In this document: positions 29,144 through 38,527 of the stretch, piece after piece
Layout of the letters: every line of letters starts with the position of its first letter
Position numbering within the stretch: the stretch's first letter is position 1
NCBI GenBank assembly: GCA_044440125.1
Contig: JBITAJ010000027.1
Span: 128,001-192,000 of the forward strand
Direction of reading: 5' to 3'
Length of the DNA stretch: 64,000 bases
Source: Sedimentisphaeraceae bacterium JB056
GTDB lineage: Bacteria; Planctomycetota; Phycisphaerae; Sedimentisphaerales; Sedimentisphaeraceae
Translations under genes and position numbers: made by a program
The notes under the pieces: model-generated
What the model saw: the letters and a program-made list of their open reading frames with translations, nothing else
What the model was told of the DNA's origin: nothing
Databases searched by the model: none

Positions 29144-30400
29144 TTATCTGTATATTTCCCTGACCGTTTCTGCGAGTATTTTTATTCCTGCTTTTAATGT
29201 GTTTTCATCAGCGGCGTAGTTCAGGCGGATGCATTGGGTTTGATGTTCCCATTTAGCGTCGAATCCAGGGAAGAAATAATGTCCCGGTATGACGAGTACG
29301 CCGTTTTCCTTTAATTTTTCGTAGAGAGTTTGTGAACTGACAGGCATCCCTTTGAACCTGAGCCACAGGAAGAAAGCACCCTCTGGTTTATGAATGGCAA
29401 GCGGTATATCTTTCATTTGCTCGGCGAGCATCGCGACAACTCTGTCAGCCTTTTTCTTATAGAAGGGGGCTACGATTTCGCGGCTAAGCCTTATGATTTC
29501 CCTACTCTTTACGAGTCTTGTCGCAAGTGCCGGGCCCAGTGAGCATGGGGCGAGGTTCATTATAGAGCCTGCCATTGAGATTGAACGTATCGTTTGTTCG
29601 TTCGCTATTATTATGCCGCATCTTGTGCCGGGCAGGCCGAGTTTTGAAAGGCTCATACAAACGATCGTATTGTCATTATAGTACGGCTTGACATCATCGA
29701 AGATTATATGCGGGAATGGTGTGCCGTAAGCGTTATCGATTATAAGCGGGATGCCGTTGTCTTTGGCAAGTGCCGATAGTTTGTGTATCTCATTGTCTGT
29801 CAATACGTTTCCGGTTGGGTTGGTCGGCCTTGATACGCATATAGCCGAGGTGTTTTCATCGGGTTTGACGGCATCAAAGTCGATATGGTATTTGAACAGA
29901 AGCTCATCAATGTTTTCGATTTTGGGTTTGAATGATTTGAACAGCCCTTCACTGTCGTCAATGCCGACATCGCTGTAGCCGATGTATTCAGGAGCCAGCG
30001 GCAGAAGTATCTTTTTGAAACTGCCGTCGTTAAATCTGCCGGCAAGGAAATTGAATAAAACAAAGAAGCCGCTCTGGCTGCCGTTGGTTATGGCTATATT
30101 CTTTTCGGTAATATCCCAGTTGTATTCTTCCCGCATCATCTCTGCAAGTGCTTCACGGAAGGGCAGGTAGCCTTCGGGGCCGCCGTAACTGCTGATTGTA
30201 TCCTCGAATTGACGGCCGTTTTCAAGCAGTGAATACATTTCACTTCTGAAGTGCTGCTGTATTTCGGGTATATCCGCAGGGTTGCCGCCGCCGAGCATTA
30301 TCATTTTTTTCTTGCTGCTTAAGGCCGCTCCAAGGTCGTCCATCAATGCACGTATCCCGGAGTCTCCAGTCATTTTGTTTCCGAAAGCCGATAGTTTCAT
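29144..30400 (-). CDS. avtA: Valine--pyruvate aminotransferase
   Basis: MKLSAFG.K...SGI..LMDDL, MLGGGNPA, PLAPEYIGY, SRPTNPTGN, IDNAYG.PFP, SLSKLGLPG.RCG. Confidence 0.93.
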   Translation of the reverse strand: MKLSAFGNKMTGDSGIRALMDDLGAALSSKKKMIMLGGGNPADIPEIQQHFRSEMYSLLENGRQFEDTISSYGGPEGYLPFREALAEMMREEYNWDITEKNIAITNGSQSGFFVLFNFLAGRFNDGSFKKILLPLAPEYIGYSDVGIDDSEGLFKSFKPKIENIDELLFKYHIDFDAVKPDENTSAICVSRPTNPTGNVLTDNEIHKLSALAKDNGIPLIIDNAYGTPFPHIIFDDVKPYYNDNTIVCMSLSKLGLPGTRCGIIIANEQTIRSISMAGSIMNLAPCSLGPALATRLVKSREIIRLSREIVAPFYKKKADRVVAMLAEQMKDIPLAIHKPEGAFFLWLRFKGMPVSSQTLYEKLKENGVLVIPGHYFFPGFDAKWEHQTQCIRLNYAADENTLKAGIKILAETVREIYR

Positions 30401-30739
30401 ATCTAAAATCCTATGTTAAAATTAACCACTGTGAAATGATAAGCTTTGAAGGCTGTTAATTCAATTCTTTTGCTGTAATATTTTGTCTTTTAATGCGGCG
30501 TGGTATATCGTTAAATTAATTTATAGTACGATTTATTTTAAAAAAGAAATAAAAGATACTTGGAAGTTTGGGGCTGTACGATTATATTAAAAAGCATCAA
30601 GTTAGATTCAGCTCAGCGTTGATACGGCCTGATAGATTAGATAACCACGATAGCAATGGTCTTTTAAAGATCGTTTTAACCTTCACACATACTAAGTTAT
30701 ATACCGTTTGTATAGATTTAAGTTGAATGCAGAGATATT

Positions 30740-32452
30740 ATGAAAAAAACGATAAGATTTGGCCAGTGGCTAATTGAAAAAGAGAAAATCAGTGTTAAAC
30801 AGCTCGAAAAAGCCCTCGATAAACAACAGGGTACAAATATCAGGCTTGGAGCTATGCTTTCAGAGATGGGTATCCTTTCGGTTGCGGAAGTAACCCAATT
30901 ACTCTCAGAATATTTTAAAGTCGATTATTTTACCAGTGAATCTTTTGCAACTATCGATCTTGATGTCGCAAGAAAGCTGCCGGAACCTGTTTCAAGGCGT
31001 TTTTCAGCGCTTGTAGCACAGGAAGAGGGCAACTTTATGACCGTTGTAATGGTTGACCCTCTAAATGTTTTGGCGATAGACACCATACAGTCGAAGCTGA
31101 AATGTGATGTGAGGGTTGCGATCGCAGCAGAGGACGATATAAATCGCGGTATCGAAAGTGTTTATCACGGTTCGGATCTGGCAGAGCGTCAGCTTCGTGA
31201 TATTGTTGAGCTTGAGGTTGACTCTGAGGAAGAGGGTTCCGATGATGTGTTTGAACAGGACCTCAGCAGTGAGTCTGAGGCTGGTAAGGCACCTGTTATT
31301 CGTTTTGTGGATTTGATGCTGAGTCAGGCGATTAAGAGCCGTGCCAGTGATATTCATGTCGAGCCGCAGGAAAAAACCATGCTTATCCGTATGCGTGTTG
31401 ATGGGCAGCTTCAGAAGATGTTTCCACCGCCTCGTAAAATGCAGTCTGCTATTTTGACAAGGCTTAAGATTCTTGCACAGATGAATATAACCGAGCGAAG
31501 AGTGCCTCAGGACGGTCGTTTTAAGGTTAAATTGTCGGGTAAGGCTATTGATGTTCGTGTCAATTCCATACCGACTATATACGGCGAAAAGATCGTTATG
31601 CGTATTCTCGATCAGTCTGCGCTTAAGCACGATCTCAAGAGTATAGGTTTTGAAGATGATCTGCTTGAGTGTTTCATAGACGCTCTTTCCAAACCTCACG
31701 GAATTATTATTGTTACAGGTCCGACAGGCAGTGGTAAGAGTACAACTCTTTACTCTGCATTGAATTACCTTCTTGATCCAAAGAAGAATATTACAACAGT
31801 TGAGGATCCGGTAGAATATCGTCTTGCGGGCGTCAATCAGGTTCAGATACGTTCTGAGATTGGTCTTACATTCGCCTCGTGCCTGAGAGCGATATTGAGG
31901 CAGGACCCGGACATTATCCTTCTTGGTGAGATTCGTGACAAGGAGACGATGGATATAGCCATGAAGGCCGCTTTGACCGGTCACCTTGTTTTGAGTACAT
32001 TCCATACAAATGATGCTCCAAGTGCTATAAGCAGACTTCTGTATATGGGTCTGGAGCCTTATTTGCTTGCTTCTGCGCTCAATCTTGTTGTTGCACAGAG
32101 GCTTATAAGACGAATTTGTGAGAGATGCAAGGTTCCTGCTGAAGTTGATGAAAAGTCATTGAGGCGTCTTAAAATACCCGCTGAAGTAGCTGAAAAATCA
32201 ACATTTTACAAAGGTAAGGGCTGTGAGTTCTGCAACGGTACTGGTTACAGAGGTCGTATGCCGATTTTTGAGATGCTTACTTTCGAGAGCGAGATTCGCG
32301 ATATGATCGTTGCCAAGGCTACCGAATCAGAGATAAGAAAAGCGTCCCGTGCCAAAGGTTTTGGTGGGCTGATGGAGAGCGGAGTGACAAGAGTTCTCGC
32401 AGGTTATACTACTGTTGAAGAAGTTCTTGCCGTTACTTTTACCAATGAGTAA
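30740..32452 (+). CDS. pilB: Type IV pilus assembly ATPase (PilB/GspE family) with an N-terminal MshEN-like domain
   Basis: ASDIHVEP, ERRVPQDGR, GPTGSGKSTT, TVEDPVE, LRQDPD, GEIRD, STFHTNDA; CxxC...CxxC zinc motif. Confidence 0.93.
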   Translation: MKKTIRFGQWLIEKEKISVKQLEKALDKQQGTNIRLGAMLSEMGILSVAEVTQLLSEYFKVDYFTSESFATIDLDVARKLPEPVSRRFSALVAQEEGNFMTVVMVDPLNVLAIDTIQSKLKCDVRVAIAAEDDINRGIESVYHGSDLAERQLRDIVELEVDSEEEGSDDVFEQDLSSESEAGKAPVIRFVDLMLSQAIKSRASDIHVEPQEKTMLIRMRVDGQLQKMFPPPRKMQSAILTRLKILAQMNITERRVPQDGRFKVKLSGKAIDVRVNSIPTIYGEKIVMRILDQSALKHDLKSIGFEDDLLECFIDALSKPHGIIIVTGPTGSGKSTTLYSALNYLLDPKKNITTVEDPVEYRLAGVNQVQIRSEIGLTFASCLRAILRQDPDIILLGEIRDKETMDIAMKAALTGHLVLSTFHTNDAPSAISRLLYMGLEPYLLASALNLVVAQRLIRRICERCKVPAEVDEKSLRRLKIPAEVAEKSTFYKGKGCEFCNGTGYRGRMPIFEMLTFESEIRDMIVAKATESEIRKASRAKGFGGLMESGVTRVLAGYTTVEEVLAVTFTNE

Positions 32453-32588
32453 TTTTATCGAGTTGACAAGGGTTTTGTATTGCGATAAAAGTCTGTGATT
32501 TCGGACATTTTAAAAGTGGAAATTTGCTGTTTTAATTTTTCGCTGCAGGTCTGAAAACACTCTAAGTTGAATTTGTTTTTTCAGTAAA

Positions 32589-32650
32589 TTTGTCGGTTTT
32601 TTTATTATTTTTAGATTTTGCCAATCAAAAAATAATAAAAAAACCACAAA
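32589..32650. repeat. Long AT-rich inverted repeat in the pilB-pilC spacer
   Basis: GGTTTTTTTATTATTTTT pairs with AAAAATAATAAAAAAACC, extended by TTTGT/ACAAA and GATT/AATC. Confidence 0.75.
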
Positions 32651-32764
32651 AATCCTAAAAAAATTCAAAAACAAAAATGCTGTTTTTTAGACTAATAATG
32701 GATATTTAAGGGGTCAAATTCGACAAAAGTGCTATACTTTTTAGTATTAGTGCTATTTTTTCTC

Positions 32765-32793
32765 TTGACCTTAAGTTCGTGATTTGCTATTAT
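32765..32793 (+). promoter_or_regulatory. sigma70-type promoter upstream of pilC
   Basis: TTGACC-N17-TATTAT with an extended -10 TG. Confidence 0.55.
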
Positions 32794-33025
32794 TCATTTC
32801 AGATTGATCGTTGAAGGATTTATTGCTCTATCGTGGTTGAAGTTGAGAAGTAAAGAGGACGTGAAATCGAAGTTGGTGTAATGTTTTGGTGTTGCGGCAT
32901 ATCCTCAAGGGATTAGTTGCAGCATGTCAGTGAAGTATCGGATTCCTGATATTTCTGATGCACACCATTTACATTTATTACCAAAAAATAATTGTTAGTG
33001 TATTTATGTTTAGGTAAAACTGGCG

Positions 33026-34237
33026 TTGAAAACATTCAGGTACATATTACGAGACGAAAGCGGCAAGCAGTACACCGGCACATATGATGCCGTGAGCCAT
33101 AGCGAAGTAATCGTGTGGGCGCGTTGCCAGGGTCGAATACCTGTACTTATCGAAGAACTCGATAAGATAAAACGCAGAGCATCTAAAAAGAAAAGATCAA
33201 GACGCCATAAGGTGTCCCTCGATGAAATGTCGGCATTTTGCTGGCAGATCAGTACGATGATGGACGGCGGCGTTTCGATAACTGAAGCTCTTGAAACAAC
33301 TGCAAATGATATTGAAAATGAATATTTTGGAAATATTCTTAATGCGATATGTCAGGATATTAAGGCTGGAAGCACTTTTTCTGACAGCATAAAGAAGTAT
33401 CCCAAGATATTTAATTCGTTCTTTCACGCAATGACGATGGCTGGTGAGACAAGCGGTAATATACCTTCGGTGTTCATTCGTCTTGCAGAATATTTTGTCA
33501 AGCGTGAAAAGCTCGTTCGTGAAGTTAAGAACGCTCTTTCTTATCCATGTTTTGTAGCGGGTTTTGTTGTTTTGATCGTTATAGCGATGGCAACTCTTAT
33601 TATTCCGCGTTTTAAGGATATGTTTAAGATGTTTAAGAATGATCTTCCTGCTTTCACACAGACATACATGGATTGCTATGACTTTTTAGCAAGAAACTTC
33701 TGGTGGATGGGAATATTGGGAGTGATTATTACTCTTGTACTGATTTATTACTCTAAAACGGTAAATGGTCATAGAAATCTCAGTAAGTTTGTTCTTAAGA
33801 TGCCGGTATTTGGTGATATACTGTTAAATACATTTATCACTACTTTTTGTAATACTACCTCGACTTTATTTATGTCAGGCGTGCCGGTATTGGAAACATT
33901 GGATATCGTAAAAGGCATGACCAGAAACGATATAATAAGGGAATCGATAACCCTTACGCAGAAGCGAATTGAAGAAGGAGAGAATATCTCCAAGGCTATG
34001 GAAGAATCTAACCTTTTTCCTAATATCGTAATAAAAATGACCCAGGTTGGAGAGCAGAGTGGTTCTCTACCGGATGTGTTTGATAATACAAGTGATTATT
34101 TTCAGAGAAAAGTAGAACAGTTGATAACTTCGATGACTAAGATGATAGAGCCGGTAATGATGGTTTGTGTAGGTGCGATAGTACTTGTTACGGTAATCGC
34201 ATTGTATCTTCCGGTTTTCACGATGTCCGATGTTTAA
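33026..34237 (+). CDS. pilC: Type IV pilus inner-membrane platform protein (PilC/GspF)
   Basis: Two T2SSF domains: AGETSG..P.VF.RLA.Y, ALSYP; VGEQSGSL, MIEP.MMV.VG.IV...VIALYLP.F; TTG start. Confidence 0.93.
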   Translation: MKTFRYILRDESGKQYTGTYDAVSHSEVIVWARCQGRIPVLIEELDKIKRRASKKKRSRRHKVSLDEMSAFCWQISTMMDGGVSITEALETTANDIENEYFGNILNAICQDIKAGSTFSDSIKKYPKIFNSFFHAMTMAGETSGNIPSVFIRLAEYFVKREKLVREVKNALSYPCFVAGFVVLIVIAMATLIIPRFKDMFKMFKNDLPAFTQTYMDCYDFLARNFWWMGILGVIITLVLIYYSKTVNGHRNLSKFVLKMPVFGDILLNTFITTFCNTTSTLFMSGVPVLETLDIVKGMTRNDIIRESITLTQKRIEEGENISKAMEESNLFPNIVIKMTQVGEQSGSLPDVFDNTSDYFQRKVEQLITSMTKMIEPVMMVCVGAIVLVTVIALYLPVFTMSDV

Positions 34238-34385
34238 TAAAGTGTAAAAAGTTGCAAAAATAAGAGTATATAACATTTTGACAGGGAATATGCGCGCAAA
34301 TTTACTGAAAAATGTTTAAGGAATTCAAAATTTATCTATGTGTTGTAGATAAAACAATTGTAGTTTAACGTTTGGAGAAAGAAAA

Positions 34386-34814
34386 ATGAAAGCAAAAGGA
34401 TTTACATTAATCGAACTTATGATCGTAGTTTTGATCGTCGCGATTCTTGCAGCAGTAGCTGTACCTCTTATGAGAGGTCGGGTAGATGCGGCTAAGTGGT
34501 CGGAAGCAAAAGCAGCTATGGGTACAATCGCTACAGCGATACGTGCCTATCATGCAGAAAAAGGTCCTAATGGTACTGCACCTACAACAGCCCTGATGTT
34601 TACTCAAGGCGATGGTGGCCTCGGTTTTGCAGCAGGTGACCTTAACGGTACTTATTTTGTAGATGGTGATTATGCTATTAGCGTAACATCTATGGATCCG
34701 CTTGCCTTTACCATCACAGCGACTCCTTCTACTGCCGACGCTCCTTCAAACCTTGCATCTGTTACTTTGAATAGTTCAGGTACCTGGACTGAAGCAGCAC
34801 CTGCGGCCGGCTGA
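34386..34814 (+). CDS. pilA: Type IV major pilin
   Basis: Class III signal KG|FTLIELMIVVLIVAILAAVAVP; short leader; followed by a terminator. Confidence 0.85.
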   Translation: MKAKGFTLIELMIVVLIVAILAAVAVPLMRGRVDAAKWSEAKAAMGTIATAIRAYHAEKGPNGTAPTTALMFTQGDGGLGFAAGDLNGTYFVDGDYAISVTSMDPLAFTITATPSTADAPSNLASVTLNSSGTWTEAAPAAG

Positions 34815-34920
34815 TAGTCTTAATGACGCACCAACTAACCTGTCAGCTATTTTCTAATACCGGGTGTTCACCCAATATAGATACAGCGGCAGCTGATATG
34901 ATGACAGGTAGTTTTCAACT

Positions 34921-34960
34921 GGGAGGGGGAATGCCGCGGTGGTATTCTCCCTTTCTTTTT
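34921..34960 (+). terminator. Terminator after the major pilin
   Basis: GGGAGGGGGAATGCC-GCGGT-GGTATTCTCCCTTTC followed by TTTTT. Confidence 0.75.
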
Positions 34961-35013
34961 GGCGGCCGAGCATTACAAGCTGAGATTATTGTTTAGATTT
35001 GTCGGTATCAATC

Positions 35014-35505
35014 ATGAGAAGAGCAGCTTCAAGATCTGGTGGTTTTGCGATGGTAGAGGTCGCTATAGCAGTAATGGTATTGCTTGTTATAATAGCCGGT
35101 ACTCTTGAATTCAATAAATATTCTGTTCTTGATGTTTACCGATCCCGAACCAAAACTGATGCCTGTATGCTGGGTACGATGCTCATGGAAGCATGGCGTG
35201 GACAGGGCGGTACGACAGACTTCGATCCTGTAAATAATTTGTCAGCGGCCATACTTGATTGCGAAGATATTGCTATAGGATATGCTTGGGTAGGACCCAG
35301 TATTCCACCGGGTTTCTATCATTCATGGAAGACCTTTCCTTATTATGTAATACTTGCCAATAATGTTGTTTACCGGATATCATTCTCTTTTGACTATATT
35401 GACGGAAGAAAATTTCTTAACGTGAGAGTTGGATGGCCCGACAGCCTTGACAAGACTTATTGGCAATCAAATAACTATGTTGGAATAACAGAAAGTCTGA
35501 ATTAG
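35014..35505 (+). CDS. Minor pilin, PilV-like (start revised to ATG 35014)
   Basis: GG|FAMVEVAIAVMVLLVI prepilin motif. Confidence 0.75.
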   Translation: MRRAASRSGGFAMVEVAIAVMVLLVIIAGTLEFNKYSVLDVYRSRTKTDACMLGTMLMEAWRGQGGTTDFDPVNNLSAAILDCEDIAIGYAWVGPSIPPGFYHSWKTFPYYVILANNVVYRISFSFDYIDGRKFLNVRVGWPDSLDKTYWQSNNYVGITESLN

Positions 35506-35547
35506 TATCTGTCATATATCAAAAGTGATGCGGAAGAGGGATCTTTT

Positions 35548-36063
35548 ATGAAAAGAGCGAAAAAAGGATTTACTTTGATAGAGATGGTTACCTCTTTGAT
35601 GGTCATTTCTGTTATAGTTCTTGCTCTTGGGAATTTAGTAAGAGATTCTCATCGGTTATGGGGCGATATGTATGAGACGGCCTTTGGCCAAAGCTCGCAA
35701 GACATTATAGTTACTCAAAGAGCATTTAACAAGATTTGTAGAAAATCAAGTTTGAGAGATATCTTTTTAGGTGCTGATAAAGATGCCATGCGTCTTTATT
35801 ATTTTTCTGATCCTTCTAATCCAAGTTATTGGCCGGATCGTTATGCCTTGTTCTACCTTGACGGTACTGATTTTAAAGTTGAAGATGGCACTTTATATTT
35901 TGGCACTTTGATCAAAGAGCAGGCACTGCATACGAGGACTTTATGCAGTAACGTTGAGTATTTACAATTTTCGATACAAGGTCTTTCTGTTCAGGTTTGT
36001 CTTACATTGAATGATAATGGCAGTGATAAAACATTTGCCTGGGCGGCAGTCAGGCATAATTGA
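35548..36063 (+). CDS. Minor pilin, PilW-like
   Basis: KG|FTLIEMVTSLMVISVIVL. Confidence 0.8.
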   Translation: MKRAKKGFTLIEMVTSLMVISVIVLALGNLVRDSHRLWGDMYETAFGQSSQDIIVTQRAFNKICRKSSLRDIFLGADKDAMRLYYFSDPSNPSYWPDRYALFYLDGTDFKVEDGTLYFGTLIKEQALHTRTLCSNVEYLQFSIQGLSVQVCLTLNDNGSDKTFAWAAVRHN

Positions 36064-36071
36064 GATTTCAA

Positions 36072-37301
36072 ATGACTGTAAGAAAACGAAATAAAGGTTC
36101 GATAATGGCTCTGGTCTGTACAATAGTACTTGTTCTGAGCATCACAGGCTTGAGTATGCTTAAGATCATTCGGGCAGTACGAATCCGTTCTTCAAAGCTC
36201 ATCGCTGAAATGTCGGCGCAAAATGCTGCCGATACAGGTATTGATCTTGGAATTGAATATGTTTATGACCTTTGGACAGCAAGTGCTCCTGATCTTATAG
36301 ATATTGATTATACTTCTCCGCTTAAAACTCTAATGGGGACCAGAAATGTTTCAAAGTATTATTATACTGTCGATCTTTGTGACGATTATCCTGGTTATGA
36401 GATTACTTCTTATGCGACATCGGGTTCTGTAACGAAAGTGGTTCATTTTCGGATGCTTATCCAGCACCCTTGGGTGGGTATTGCAGCTAAAGACAGCATA
36501 AATATAAATGTAGGAACCGGTATTGAACTTCAGCCTGCGGATTATCCCGATTTCAACCTTGTTACAAATCAAATATATCCGAGTGCTATAGTCCTTCGAA
36601 ATGGTGTTTATATTCCCGGTGATGTTATTGTAGGCCCCGGTGGTGATACAGACACAGTGATAGATACCAAGCAGGATGCCTATATTACCGGTGAAACATG
36701 GTCCATGCTTGAGGATGTAGTTTATCCTGATGTTTCGCTTCCTTCATTGGGATATGCGACATTAGGAACAGACCCTAATGATCCGGGTGCTATGATAATG
36801 GATACCAGTGGAATTTACGGTTCCATAACTATTGATACAGGTGAGACTCTTAAGGTTGTCGGTGATGTAGTCGCAGTACTTGAAGGCCCTTTTACCGCGA
36901 ATAATTCCGGTTCTTTTCTGGTGACAGCCGGTTCTACTCTTAGAATGTATCTTCTTGACAATCTTGAAATGAAATATGGCTCAGTCTTTTACAACGAAAA
37001 TTTTGGAGCCTCTCCTACTTATGAGGATATACGTGATGCTACAAAATCTGTAAAAATATATGGTGCTCCTACCTGTACTTCAATAATATTCAAGAATTCC
37101 AGTATCATGGCAGCGGCAGTATATGCACCTTATGCTGATGTCAGCATGTATAATGATTCAGATTTTTACGGTGCGATTATGGGTGAGGATGTTGAAATAA
37201 AAAATGCCGGTAACTTTATTTTTGTGTTTGGTCTATATGATGATGAGGATCGTTTTATATCAAACCTGAAAACACAAAGAGGAAGCTGGTGGGAAGAGTA
37301 A
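36072..37301 (+). CDS. PilX-like minor pilin with a beta-helical C-terminal domain (start revised to ATG 36072)
   Basis: KG|SIMALV lacking Glu5 (PilX trait); AQNAADTGI; C-terminal AVYAP.ADV.M.N.SDFYGAI. Confidence 0.75.
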   Translation: MTVRKRNKGSIMALVCTIVLVLSITGLSMLKIIRAVRIRSSKLIAEMSAQNAADTGIDLGIEYVYDLWTASAPDLIDIDYTSPLKTLMGTRNVSKYYYTVDLCDDYPGYEITSYATSGSVTKVVHFRMLIQHPWVGIAAKDSININVGTGIELQPADYPDFNLVTNQIYPSAIVLRNGVYIPGDVIVGPGGDTDTVIDTKQDAYITGETWSMLEDVVYPDVSLPSLGYATLGTDPNDPGAMIMDTSGIYGSITIDTGETLKVVGDVVAVLEGPFTANNSGSFLVTAGSTLRMYLLDNLEMKYGSVFYNENFGASPTYEDIRDATKSVKIYGAPTCTSIIFKNSSIMAAAVYAPYADVSMYNDSDFYGAIMGEDVEIKNAGNFIFVFGLYDDEDRFISNLKTQRGSWWEE

Positions 37302-37468
37302 TTGAATTGTTTTAGAACGAAAAGCAGGGGTTTGAAATTCGTTTCTAATTTTAATGATTGATTTTGAATTGGCGTTTCCGACAAAAGTCTATCAATACAT
37401 CCCTGCTTGGTGTGGCCTTTTTAAGCTGTTGTCGGTGGCATCAGAATTAAAATTCTAATGGATCTGCT

Positions 37469-38527
37469 ATGTTTTTCATAAAGAAAAAGAAAAAAGTGTC
37501 AGGCATTCATGTCGGAGCTGATACAGTTCGTGTTGTTCAGCTCGTTCATGGTGAAGGGGAAGGCTATAAGGCCGGTTGTGCGGCACTGTCTCCTGTACAG
37601 GGATATTTTGACGCTGTAGAGAGAGTCAGAAATACCGTTCAGGCTATCGGAACCTGCAAAAGCAGCGTTGGCCGCAGAATTGATAAGTCCAATTTTAATA
37701 TAAGTTGTCTAAGTTGGCCTGATATAATGGTTACAACCTTTAATCTGCCTGAAATGGGACAGGATGAATTTGAACAGACGCTGCTTTACGAGATAGAGCA
37801 GGTTTGTCCTTTTGAGATAACAACCTCGGTCGTAGACTATCAAATCATAGAAGACGAAAATGGTGAACATATAGTTGAAGATGGTAAATGCGGATGTGTT
37901 GCTGCCGTTTCTCCTCAGCATATAATTCAGGAACATTTTGCGATTTTACGAAAAGCAGGCCTGAAATATACAATAGTAGACGCTGACTGTATGGCGCTCC
38001 TTAATTGTTATGAATCCATGGGTAAAGATTCCGACATTGCGTTGCTTAATATCGATATGTCACATACGATCGTTGCCATACCGGATGAAAAGGCTGTTCC
38101 ATTCGTAAGGAATATTGACTACGGCGGTAAGAATGTCATTAACAGTGTTGTTCGTGCTAAGGGTATCCGAAAAGAAGATTTTGCCGGTACATTGAGAAGC
38201 GACAGCGCCAACTTGTCAAACGATTTGCTTGATGTCCTCAATAAATCCTGTGATAATCTTACAAAGAGTATAACCAGAACGCTTCAGTTTTGTATAGCTG
38301 AAAAACAAAACTGCGACATCAAGGAAATACTGCTTACCGGAGAGTTGTCGTTGATGCCTATTATTGTTGAAATACTAAACCAGCAGCTTGATTGGCCAGT
38401 GCGAGTATGGAATCCTTTCGAAGAAATTGATACAGCTAATATAATCGGTCAGGATCTTCTTGAAAAGACAGGTTCTGCCTTTGCCATAGCTGCCGGACTT
38501 GCAGTAAGGGAGCCTGAATATGTATAA
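37469..38527 (+). CDS. pilM: Type IV pilus assembly protein PilM
   Basis: GIHVGADTVRVVQL, EQVCPF...VVDYQ, ALLNID, FVRNI.YGG, ILLTG, VWNPF, AFAIAAGLAVR. Confidence 0.85.
   Translation: MFFIKKKKKVSGIHVGADTVRVVQLVHGEGEGYKAGCAALSPVQGYFDAVERVRNTVQAIGTCKSSVGRRIDKSNFNISCLSWPDIMVTTFNLPEMGQDEFEQTLLYEIEQVCPFEITTSVVDYQIIEDENGEHIVEDGKCGCVAAVSPQHIIQEHFAILRKAGLKYTIVDADCMALLNCYESMGKDSDIALLNIDMSHTIVAIPDEKAVPFVRNIDYGGKNVINSVVRAKGIRKEDFAGTLRSDSANLSNDLLDVLNKSCDNLTKSITRTLQFCIAEKQNCDIKEILLTGELSLMPIIVEILNQQLDWPVRVWNPFEEIDTANIIGQDLLEKTGSAFAIAAGLAVREPEYV

Noticed and set aside
31061..32005. 314-aa minus-strand ORF
   Set aside because: Antisense shadow of the well-conserved pilB; no recognisable motifs
34238..34385. 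sigma54 promoter for the major pilin
   Set aside because: No TGGCAC-N5-TTGC-type element found
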